Assembly: GCA_902386535.1 (NCBI GenBank) | Contig: CABMJK010000039.1 | Location: 678-64,677, forward strand | Direction of reading: 5' to 3' | Length of the DNA stretch: 64,000 bases | Origin: Candidatus Burarchaeum australiense | GTDB taxonomy: Archaea > Micrarchaeota > Micrarchaeia > Burarchaeales > Burarchaeaceae | In this document: positions 8,599 through 15,708 of the stretch, in pieces | Numbering within the stretch: the first letter of the stretch is position 1 | Layout of the letters: each line of letters opens with the position of its first letter | Notes under the pieces: model-generated | What the model saw: only the letters and a program-made list of their open reading frames with translations | Told to the model about the DNA's origin: nothing | The model's database searches: none | Made by a program: the position numbers and the translations under genes

Positions 8599-9801
8599 TC
8601 ATATGAGCTTGTAGATCCCGTAGAACTGCGAGTCCCCGCCCAGCTGCTGGGAGAGAGAGCGGGTGGCTGAGAGCGTGATGATGATGCTGAAAACCGCGAG
8701 CGCGGCGGTTATCATGGCGTCGTGCGAAACGGCAGCAAGCGCGCCCTTGTTCGGGTCTGTGCGGTCGACGAGGCCATAGTAAATGTCGTTCACGTTGACG
8801 GCCGCATACTCCTTCAGCGTGGAGGCATACTTTACCAGGAATACGCTGTTTACCTTGCTATAGAGCGAAAGGGCCTTCGGATATTCTTGGAGCATGCAGA
8901 CCCAATAGCCATGCGCGAAGCCGACGCATTTGGGCGTATACCAGATGAACCACCAGGTTATCGAGCCGAGCCATGTGAATTCCTGCACGAACTGGTTGCA
9001 TATCATCGTGTCCTGCAGGTCCGGGGGCTCGTGCGGCAGATTGATTGTTATGTCGCGCATTATGGAGGGCTGGCTGTAAACGCCCGCGGCGAATACGAGG
9101 GTCATGGGATAAACGACGTAGGTGCCTATGGCAATGGCAATGAGGGTCGCGCCGAGCTTCCGCGAGAAGGTGAACGTGCGGAGCACTATGCCGAGAGGCA
9201 GAATCCACCGGAAGGAGTTGTCCCAGAAGAACTGGAGGAGCACGCTCTGGGCAGACTGTATGAAAATTGCGGCAGCCAGCGCGTCGAGGCCGGCGGCAAT
9301 GAGCGAACTCAGGACGTTGAGACCCGCATAGGGCGCGCCCGAGAAGGAGGCGCTGACCAGGAAGAGCGGAATCGCGATGTTGTAATAGAAGCTCGTCATC
9401 TTCGCCACGTAGCGGTCGGCGTCCAGGAGCTTGTTGTAAACCAGCAGCATGTAATCCGCGCTGCCGGCGAGGTAGCATTGGGCGAAATCGTACATGGCGC
9501 TGAAAGTCGGGGTGGGCGCGGGAGTGCACGAGGCTATGGGGGCCGGTGTTCCGCTCACCGTGCCGAATTGCAGATTCAACGGCCCCTGCGCCAGCTGGTT
9601 GACTCCGATGTCGACGAGCCCCATCCCGAGGGCAAGGCCGGCTATCAGAACGGTCGTGACTACGAGCTCGCGGTATTCGACCTTTGACCAGGCCTCGAGC
9701 GCGGGCAGGTGGAAGCCTTTTGAGAGCATGTAGGCCAGGCTAACGATGAGGGCTGAAATGAAGAGCGCGATCGCGGCTATCGGCAGCCAGTCAGAAAACA
9801 T
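8599..9801 (-). CDS. Paralog P6 (400 aa), first gene of the operon
   Basis: Motif A is SLAYMLSKGFHLPALEAWSKVEYRE, motif B GIVLRTFTFSRKLGATLIAIAIGTYVVYP, tail LGGDSQFYGIYKLI. A TATA-like element lies about 30 nt upstream of the ATG. Confidence 0.8.
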   Translation of the reverse strand: MFSDWLPIAAIALFISALIVSLAYMLSKGFHLPALEAWSKVEYRELVVTTVLIAGLALGMGLVDIGVNQLAQGPLNLQFGTVSGTPAPIASCTPAPTPTFSAMYDFAQCYLAGSADYMLLVYNKLLDADRYVAKMTSFYYNIAIPLFLVSASFSGAPYAGLNVLSSLIAAGLDALAAAIFIQSAQSVLLQFFWDNSFRWILPLGIVLRTFTFSRKLGATLIAIAIGTYVVYPMTLVFAAGVYSQPSIMRDITINLPHEPPDLQDTMICNQFVQEFTWLGSITWWFIWYTPKCVGFAHGYWVCMLQEYPKALSLYSKVNSVFLVKYASTLKEYAAVNVNDIYYGLVDRTDPNKGALAAVSHDAMITAALAVFSIIITLSATRSLSQQLGGDSQFYGIYKLI

Positions 9802-9831
9802 TCGTCTACCGCCCGGCTATCGACGAATAGG

Positions 9832-9842
9832 TATTTAAATTT
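9832..9842. promoter_or_regulatory. Palindromic TATA-like element (TATTTAAATT) in the divergent intergenic region between P6 and the GNAT gene
   Basis: This is the only AT-rich box in the 54-nt spacer. It lies about 30 nt from ATG 9801 (minus) and about 15-40 nt from the candidate plus-strand starts (9856/9874/9883). The archaeal TATA consensus is TTTAWATA. Confidence 0.45.
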
Positions 9843-9855
9843 CAAGGGGCGCGGA

Positions 9856-10296
9856 TTGTACGTGGGCTTCCTGGTGCGGCGCATGCGGGCTACGGACATT
9901 CCGGCAATAGCCGGGCTGAGCGAAAAATACTTCCCGCTTGCGCGCATAGACGAGGGCGAGGTGCGCCGGCGCACCTCGGGCGGCGTGGCCTACTTGGTGG
10001 CCGAGGAAGACGGGCAGGTCGTGGGCTTCGTGGGCGGGAAGCTGCGCGGGCGGGACGGCAGGATAAGCGGCATCGCGGTCAGCCCGGCATACGAGAGGCG
10101 CGGCATCGGCTCGGCGCTCCTCGAGCGCGCCACCGCGTTTGCACGGGAGAACGGCAGGGGCTCGCTTTCGCTGCTGGTCAAGGAGTACAACGTGAAAGCC
10201 GTGAGATTTTACACTTCGCACGGCTTCTCGCTGAAGGCCGCCAAGCCTGGCAAGGACGGCGGGGTGCTCCTGCTCTGGCGCGGGATAGAGAATTAG
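9856..10296 (+). CDS. GNAT family N-acetyltransferase (RimI-like)
   Basis: VVGFVGG...ISGIAVSPAYERRGIGSALLERATAFAREN...VKAVRFYTSHGF is a typical acetyl-CoA binding R-x-x-G-x-G motif. The true start is probably GTG 9874 or ATG 9883. Confidence 0.85.
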   Translation: MYVGFLVRRMRATDIPAIAGLSEKYFPLARIDEGEVRRRTSGGVAYLVAEEDGQVVGFVGGKLRGRDGRISGIAVSPAYERRGIGSALLERATAFARENGRGSLSLLVKEYNVKAVRFYTSHGFSLKAAKPGKDGGVLLLWRGIEN

Positions 10297-10302
10297 GATC
10301 AG

Positions 10303-10375
10303 TGGGGCCGCTGAGATTTGAACTCAGGTCACCAGGTCCCAAACCTGGTAGCATACCAGACTGGCCCACGGCCCC
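10303..10375 (-). tRNA. tRNA-Pro (anticodon UGG), no intron, no encoded CCA
   Basis: Hand-folded sequence: GGGGCCG TG GGCC.. anticodon stem CCAGG/CCTGG, loop UUUGGGA, T-arm CTGAG-TTCAAAT-CTCAG, acceptor CGGCCCC, discriminator A. Confidence 0.85.
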
Positions 10376-10434
10376 GGAAATTGCGGTGCAGTCTTTATGC
10401 CAGCACGCCTTTAAATTCCCGTGCCCTCGCTCGT

Positions 10435-10881
10435 CTATTGTTTCTTCTTTCCCCCGAAATTACCTCGGGGCTTGGGTATCTTCAGGTCGGGATAGGCGGC
10501 CATCAGCGATTCGGCGTCTATCCATGCCGCATAGCCGAGGTTCGTGAGCACACGCCTGATGAAGTAGGTCTCGGCCACGGGCACCTTGGCCGCATCGCCA
10601 GCTTCCGTGAGCTTTGCCTTCAGCTCACTGTTGTTTATCTTGCCGAATATCTCGGAAAGGTTTCCGTAGCCCTTGCGCTTTCCCTTCGTGAGATTGTCGG
10701 CGTAAGCATCTATTACTTCGGTCTTGATGCCCGCGAATTCGAAGCCCTTGCGGTCTATTGTGGCAGTTATGCCCGCCAGTATCGCGGCAACCTCCTCCGG
10801 CTTCGTGTTCGCGTCCGCGCCCATCTTCTTTATCGCAACCCAGCCTTTCACGTTAGCTGCAAATGTGACTTCCTCGCCCAT
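10435..10881 (-). CDS. Conserved hypothetical protein (148 aa)
   Basis: The ORF has protein-like composition. The start is moved to ATG 10881 (MGEEVTF...) because the TATA-like box GATTTATAAAAAT (about 10908-10923) would place the transcription start downstream of ATG 10899. Confidence 0.55.
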   Translation of the reverse strand: MGEEVTFAANVKGWVAIKKMGADANTKPEEVAAILAGITATIDRKGFEFAGIKTEVIDAYADNLTKGKRKGYGNLSEIFGKINNSELKAKLTEAGDAAKVPVAETYFIRRVLTNLGYAAWIDAESLMAAYPDLKIPKPRGNFGGKKKQ

Positions 10882-11006
10882 GCAAGCACCCCGCCCCATA
10901 TTCGGGGGTTATTTTTATAAATCAGAAAGCGGGCAAGCACGCAGGAAGGCAGGGGCATAAAAGTTATAAACAGCCGGGCACGAAGAGAAGGAGCATAGAT
11001 GGCGGT

Positions 11007-11807
11007 TTGAAAATGACTGCATTGCTGAGCATCCTGGCAGTAGTCTTGTCGGTGCTTTCAACCATTTTTCTCTGGCTAGCCATCTATATTTTCCGGGACA
11101 TTGTTTTGATGGCCGAGAAGTTTGAGAAAAAGAACCTTGGCTCGTCGGGCATCCTGATTGCCCTGCCATTGCTCCTCGTTACGCCGCTGGTCGGCTCATA
11201 CTACATCGCGACTACAGGAGACTTCCCGCCGCCTCAGATTTTCTTCATTGCCTTTTTCCTGCTGCTCGTCGGCAGCATCCTGCTGCTGAGGCCCATCGCG
11301 GGTCTCGTGCGGATTTTCGGCCGCCGGGGCTTCCCGAAATTCCTCATAGTGGGCTTCATACTCACGTATGGCTTGGCGAACTTGGCGTTCATAGTGCGCC
11401 TTCCCCTGCTGGAAGCGGTCAACCAGCTGCTCCTGGCTTCCGCCGAGATAATCCTGGGCATCTGCTTCCTGCTCCTTTCCGGCTACACGGCCAATTTCAA
11501 GGAAGTCTCGGTCAAGATATACAACAAGACGTTCAGCACGCATTACGAGCTTTCCTCCCTGTTTTTGATAGCCGGCTCGATAGTCCCGGTGGATTCCGTG
11601 CTGCTGACGATGATCATGAGGGAGTCGATCATCAACACTCCTGCGGATGCGATGATGGATGCTTCGGCCCTAAGATTCCTTGCGAAGTTTCTCCTCACAG
11701 TCTGCGGCATGATGGGGCTTCTCGGCATGCTCGTTTTCAGGAAGGCGGTCGAGGACTTCTGCTTCCGCTTCGGCTCGATGTCGGCGCTCATCAGGAAGGA
11801 AAAATAA
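11007..11807 (+). CDS. Hypothetical polytopic membrane protein (266 aa)
   Basis: At least six hydrophobic segments and no recognisable motif. GC looks somewhat lower than in the neighbours. Confidence 0.55.
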   Translation: MKMTALLSILAVVLSVLSTIFLWLAIYIFRDIVLMAEKFEKKNLGSSGILIALPLLLVTPLVGSYYIATTGDFPPPQIFFIAFFLLLVGSILLLRPIAGLVRIFGRRGFPKFLIVGFILTYGLANLAFIVRLPLLEAVNQLLLASAEIILGICFLLLSGYTANFKEVSVKIYNKTFSTHYELSSLFLIAGSIVPVDSVLLTMIMRESIINTPADAMMDASALRFLAKFLLTVCGMMGLLGMLVFRKAVEDFCFRFGSMSALIRKEK

Positions 11808-11899
11808 TTCCGAAGTGAAGCCCCAGACGCTCGTCTTGAGCGGGTCAAGAAGCGCCGCTTTTCGGATTCGCAGCTAGGTGCTTCTTGACACAATCGGAG

Positions 11900-12021
11900 A
11901 GCCCCAGACGAGAATTGAACTCGCTACCTACTGCTTTCTCGTTTCTTTTCCGCCGGCGCTTTTCTTTGGGAAAGAAAAGGGCCGCTACAAGGCAGTCGCT
12001 CTACCGATGAGCTACTGGGGC
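11900..12021 (-). tRNA. tRNA-Thr (anticodon UGU) with 50-nt intron at canonical 37/38 (intron 11936-11985)
   Basis: Hand-folded: GCCCCAG TA GCTC ATCGGTA GAGC G ACTGC CUUGUA|intron|A GCAGT AGGTA GCGAG TTCAATT CTCGT CTGGGGC T. The acceptor, anticodon and T stems all pair. Confidence 0.85.
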
Positions 12022-12025
12022 CGCA

Positions 12026-12042
12026 GGGAACCTACGGTTCCC
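12026..12042. repeat. Hairpin GGGAACC-TAC-GGTTCCC, 4 nt upstream of the tRNA-Thr 5' end
   Basis: A perfect 7-bp inverted repeat. It belongs to a motif also seen at 43252-43272, 58654-58670 and 61271-61285. Confidence 0.7.
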
Positions 12043-12176
12043 TTAAGTCCCGCTTTCTCGGCGCACCGAGAAAGGGGCACCATTCCGCCTCGCGGGCGGA
12101 ATGCGTGTAACCCTCCCTTCAGAAGGTTCACCTCATTTACGCGGGCGGAATTTAAAAACGCGCGGGCCCTGTCCAG

Positions 12177-13259
12177 CTACTTGGCCTTGACTTTCTCGGC
12201 TTCCTTGAGGCCCCTGTCCGCCTCTTCGTAAACCGGCTTCAGCGCCTCTGCGAAGTCTTCGGAAGTCAGGCGCATGCGGCCGCCGGAAAAGTAAACGTCG
12301 TCCAGTGAAAACGTGCTGCCGCCGGATGTGCCGGGCTTGTGATCCATGGAAACGTCGAGGCTGCGCTTTTGCGCCTTCATCGCCGCGTTGTAGTTCCCAA
12401 CCGCGCAATACAGCTTTGCCAGCGTAAGGTAGGCGAGCGGCAGCTGGTTGTCAGGAAGCTTATACAGTATCGTGCCATCACTGCGGAGAAGCGAGGAGCT
12501 GTCAAATGTGGGGTGGTCGTCGCGTTCCAACAGCGCCATTGCGGCTATTACCTCGAACTTCTGCAAAGGCGTCAGGCTTTTGAAGAAGCCCATTGCACCC
12601 GGCGAGTCAGTGTCTACAAAATAAGCGGAGTTCACCGGCGGGTTGTAGGCCGTGAGCGCTCTTTCAAAGGCCGCTATCCTCGCGCCGCTGTACCGCGAAG
12701 CGAATGCCAGCTCTATCGCAAGCTTCAGTGCGAGCACAGGGCCGCCGAGATTTTCTGCTGTGTCGAGCGCGGCAAACTTGCCGCGCGCATCCTGGGCAAG
12801 CACCAGTGCCTCCGATATGTTTGCGAATGATGGGACTGCAAGCGCGACTTCGTAGGCCACATATGCCCCAAGATCTTTCAACTCGTGTTTTACAGAGTCG
12901 GCAAAATCCGGGCCAGCTGCTGCGCGGGCGGCTTCGTAGGCACGCTCAATATTTTCCGGTTTTGGATATGCCACTGCGTGCTCAAAGGCGGCTTCGGCGG
13001 CGAGGTCTAGATGGGCCTGGCGCGCAGATTCTGTGGAATGCGCAGACGGGGAGTATTCTATGCGGGACGCGTGGGCGCGTTCGGGCTGCCTCGGAAGACT
13101 TTTAAGGCGCTCCTGAAGGGCATGATACCTTGCCAACGGATGCTCGTCATTGTGCCGCTTTTGATTTTTTATCGCTGCTCGAATGTTTGCTTTGTGAATG
13201 TCCGCCGTTGTGCCCCTATCAGGCAACTTCAGTAAAGAGTTTCCGCTCATCAAACCCAC
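12177..13259 (-). CDS. Hypothetical protein (360 aa), soluble, Ala/Leu-rich helical
   Basis: A long ORF with balanced composition. I recognise no motif. Confidence 0.5.
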   Translation of the reverse strand: MGLMSGNSLLKLPDRGTTADIHKANIRAAIKNQKRHNDEHPLARYHALQERLKSLPRQPERAHASRIEYSPSAHSTESARQAHLDLAAEAAFEHAVAYPKPENIERAYEAARAAAGPDFADSVKHELKDLGAYVAYEVALAVPSFANISEALVLAQDARGKFAALDTAENLGGPVLALKLAIELAFASRYSGARIAAFERALTAYNPPVNSAYFVDTDSPGAMGFFKSLTPLQKFEVIAAMALLERDDHPTFDSSSLLRSDGTILYKLPDNQLPLAYLTLAKLYCAVGNYNAAMKAQKRSLDVSMDHKPGTSGGSTFSLDDVYFSGGRMRLTSEDFAEALKPVYEEADRGLKEAEKVKAK

Positions 13260-13352
13260 CCCCTAAAACTAGTTGATTTTTATGGCTTTTCAGCTTTTTA
13301 AATGTTCACGACATAAGTAAGGCAGCAAACGAGACGAAATGGTGATTTTGAC

Positions 13353-13505
13353 ATGGGCAAATTTCCACTGGCAGACGCTACTCTGAAGCGCATCTGGATA
13401 TGCAGGAAGTGCAAGGGCCGCAACAAGCGGGGCGTCGAGAAGTGCAGGCGCTGCGGCTACCACTACATGAGGCCGAAGAGAACCGAGATTCGCGCGAAGA
13501 AGTAG
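13353..13505 (+). CDS. rpl40e: 50S ribosomal protein L40e (50 aa)
   Basis: Hand translation gives MGKFPLADATLKRIWICRKCKGRNKRGVEKCRRCGYHYMRPKRTEIRAKK, the CxxC...CxxC zinc ribbon and basic tail typical of L40e. It is below the 60-aa cutoff of the ORF track. A TATA-like GCTTTTTAAATG sits about 50 nt upstream. Confidence 0.85.
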   Translation: MGKFPLADATLKRIWICRKCKGRNKRGVEKCRRCGYHYMRPKRTEIRAKK

Positions 13506-13522
13506 GCGAAAAACGGGTGTGT

Positions 13523-13533
13523 TTTTTAATATT
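13523..13533 (+). promoter_or_regulatory. TATA-like box TTTTTAATATT upstream of mtaD
   Basis: It lies about 20-25 nt upstream of GTG 13552, consistent with a leaderless or short-leader archaeal mRNA. Confidence 0.4.
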
Positions 13534-13551
13534 CCCTCCGAAGCCCTACCC

Positions 13552-14841
13552 GTGGGAATTCTCATACGCAACGCGCTCGTGCTCACCCAGAATGAGCGGC
13601 GCGAGGTCCTGAAGGACTGCGACGTGCTAATCGAGGCTAATCGGATTGCCAAGGTAGGCAAGGGCATGCGCGAGAAGGCGGAGCACGTGCTTGATGGCAG
13701 GGGCAAGCTAGTCATGCCCGGCCTCGTGAACACCCATACGCACCTGGCCATGACCCTGCTGCGCGGCTATGCGGACGACATGAGGCTGGAGGACTGGCTC
13801 GAGAAGAAAATCTGGCCGCGCGAGGCCAAGCTTAAGCCCGCGGACGTGCGCGCGGGCTCCATGCTGGGCTGCCTGGAGATGATAAGGGGCGGCACTACCT
13901 CTTTTGTGGACATGTATTTCATGATGGGCGAGACTGCGGCCGCGGTCGAGAAGTGCGGCCTGCGCGCCAACCTCGCCCATGGCATGATCGATATGGACAA
14001 GCCGGAGAGGAGGAAGAAGGAGCTGGCTGCGGGCGAGGCATTCGTGCGCGAGTGGAACGGAAAGGTCAGAGGCAGGATCATGGCTTCCTTCGGGCCGCAC
14101 GCCATATACACCTGCTCGCGCGAGCTGCTTGAGAAGACGAATGAGCTCGCGCACAAGCACGACGTGAAGATTCACATTCATTTGAGCGAAAGCAGGAAGG
14201 AAGTGGTGGACTGCCTGGCAAAGCACTCGAAGAGGCCCGCAGACTACCTCGAGTCTTTCGGCTTCCTGAGCAAGAGAGTGATAGCCGCGCACTGCGTCTG
14301 GCTGAGGCGCGAGGAGTGCGCGCTCCTGGGCAAGCGCGGCGTGAGCGCCTCCCACGTGCCCGCGAGCAACATGAAGCTGGCGGGCGGGGGCGCGATGCCC
14401 ATTCCGGAGCTCGAGCAGGCAAAGGCGAACATCTGCCTGGGCACCGACGGCGCGGCCTCCAACAACTCGCTCTCGATGTTCGGGGCCATGAAGCTCTGCG
14501 CGCTGCTGCACAAGAATTCCCGGTGGGACGCCACGGTGGCTCCGGCGCAGCAGGTGCTCGACTTCGCCACCCGCAACGGGGCGCGGGCAATGGGCGCGGA
14601 GGCGGGAGCGATTGCGGAGGGCAGGCTGGCCGACCTCATCATGCTTGACCTGAGGAGCCCGAACCTCGTGCCGATGCACAGCGCGGTCTCGAACGTGGTG
14701 TATGCCGCGAGCGCGGGCAACGTCACCGACGTGATTGTCGACGGGAAGATTCTGATGCGGGAGAGGAAAGTGGTTGCCTTTGACGAGGAGAAAGTGATGG
14801 AGGCGGGCGAGAAGGCGGCGTTTGATTTGGTTTCGCGGTGA
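13552..14841 (+). CDS. mtaD: 5'-methylthioadenosine/S-adenosylhomocysteine deaminase (amidohydrolase, MtaD/DadD type)
   Basis: ILIRNALVLT...VMPGLVNTHTHLAMTLLRGYADDMRLEDWL...HLSES...VAAHCVWL...GTDGAASNN is the metal-binding signature of this amidohydrolase subfamily. The start is trimmed from GTG 13519 to GTG 13552, downstream of the TATA box. Confidence 0.85.
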   Translation: MGILIRNALVLTQNERREVLKDCDVLIEANRIAKVGKGMREKAEHVLDGRGKLVMPGLVNTHTHLAMTLLRGYADDMRLEDWLEKKIWPREAKLKPADVRAGSMLGCLEMIRGGTTSFVDMYFMMGETAAAVEKCGLRANLAHGMIDMDKPERRKKELAAGEAFVREWNGKVRGRIMASFGPHAIYTCSRELLEKTNELAHKHDVKIHIHLSESRKEVVDCLAKHSKRPADYLESFGFLSKRVIAAHCVWLRREECALLGKRGVSASHVPASNMKLAGGGAMPIPELEQAKANICLGTDGAASNNSLSMFGAMKLCALLHKNSRWDATVAPAQQVLDFATRNGARAMGAEAGAIAEGRLADLIMLDLRSPNLVPMHSAVSNVVYAASAGNVTDVIVDGKILMRERKVVAFDEEKVMEAGEKAAFDLVSR

Positions 14842-14938
14842 AGGCAGGTTGACGGGGAAAGGAAGCGGAGATGAGGCGAGGAAAGGTCGGGAAAGTTGGC
14901 GGGCTAGTAACAAGGGGCAGGAAAGAAGGCGGCGAGAG

Positions 14939-15664
14939 GTGGTGTGCGTGCTTGGAATAATCGGCGGGAGCGGCTTCTACAAAATTGTGAAGGGCGAGGA
15001 GAGGCACGTGGAGACGCCCTATGGCTGGAGAAAGGTCAGCCTGGGCCGCATTGGCGGAGGAAAGATTGCATTCATAGCAAGGCACGGTGAGTATCACACG
15101 GTCCCGCCGCACAGGATAAATCATCGCGCTAACCTCTACGCACTGCACAAGGTGGGCGCGAAGAGCATCGTGGGCATAAACGCGTGCGGCATAATCTCGA
15201 AGTTCAAGCCCGGCGAGATAATGACCATCGACGACTTCCTCGCGTTCCACATCGGCCCGGTCACGTTCCATGAAAGTTTTGCAGGAGGGGCGAAGCATGA
15301 GGACATGAGCGAGCCCTACAGCAGGAAGCTGAATGCGCTGATTGCACGGGCGGGCGGGAAGGCGAAGATTGCCGTGAAGAGCGGCGGCATTGTGGCGACC
15401 ACGTTCGGGCCGCGCTTCGAGACCCCGGCCGAGATAAGGGCCTTTGGGATGCTGGGCGCGAACTTGGTGAGCATGACGAGCGCCTACGAGGCGATTCTTG
15501 CGCGCGAGCTTGGCGCTAATTACTCGTCGATTGCCATCGGCACGAATTACGCGGCGGGCGTGAGCAAGAACCGGCTGTCGCATGCCGAGGTGATCGGGAT
15601 GATGGAAAAGAACGAGGCACGCGTGATAAAGATAGTGGGCGGGCTGGCAGGAAGCATGGGATAG
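14939..15664 (+). CDS. mtnP: S-methyl-5'-thioadenosine phosphorylase / purine nucleoside phosphorylase (MTAP family)
   Basis: VLGIIGGSGFY...FIARHG..H..PPHRINHRANLYAL...GPRFETPAEIR...LVSMT. The start is set to GTG 14939 because the upstream part of the track ORF is low-complexity and overlaps the end of mtaD. Confidence 0.85.
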   Translation: MVCVLGIIGGSGFYKIVKGEERHVETPYGWRKVSLGRIGGGKIAFIARHGEYHTVPPHRINHRANLYALHKVGAKSIVGINACGIISKFKPGEIMTIDDFLAFHIGPVTFHESFAGGAKHEDMSEPYSRKLNALIARAGGKAKIAVKSGGIVATTFGPRFETPAEIRAFGMLGANLVSMTSAYEAILARELGANYSSIAIGTNYAAGVSKNRLSHAEVIGMMEKNEARVIKIVGGLAGSMG

Positions 15665-15708
15665 AAAGTTGGCGGCAGATTTGCGGAGAGACTTACGGAG
15701 ATGATTGC

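Noticed and set aside
5542-9687. Long plus-strand ORFs (5542..6753, 6769..7269, 8722..9687) inside the membrane-paralog operon
   Set aside because: They are antisense to ORFs that show family-wide conserved motifs and proper TM patterns. Their translations are Arg/Gly/His-rich without structure.
2555-9801. Interpretation of the paralog array as an ABC/FtsX-type permease set or a type IV secretion VirB6/TrbL cluster
   Set aside because: No ATPase, coupling protein, pilin or other secretion or ABC component lies in or next to the operon, and I do not see signature motifs of those families. The idea is kept only as a hypothesis to exclude by profile search, not as a call.
12108-12120. TAACCCTCCCTTC box (also 58677-58689) as a Shine-Dalgarno site
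   Set aside because: On the minus strand it reads GAAGGGAGGGTTA and contains GGAGG. It lies about 35 nt from the nearest start codon at one locus and upstream of a tRNA at the other, so a ribosome-binding role does not fit. It is retained only as part of the repeated hairpin-associated element.
13290-14913. Minus-strand ORFs 13290..13751 and 13708..14913 (401 aa)
   Set aside because: They are antisense to L40e and mtaD, which have diagnostic motifs, and have shadow-ORF composition.
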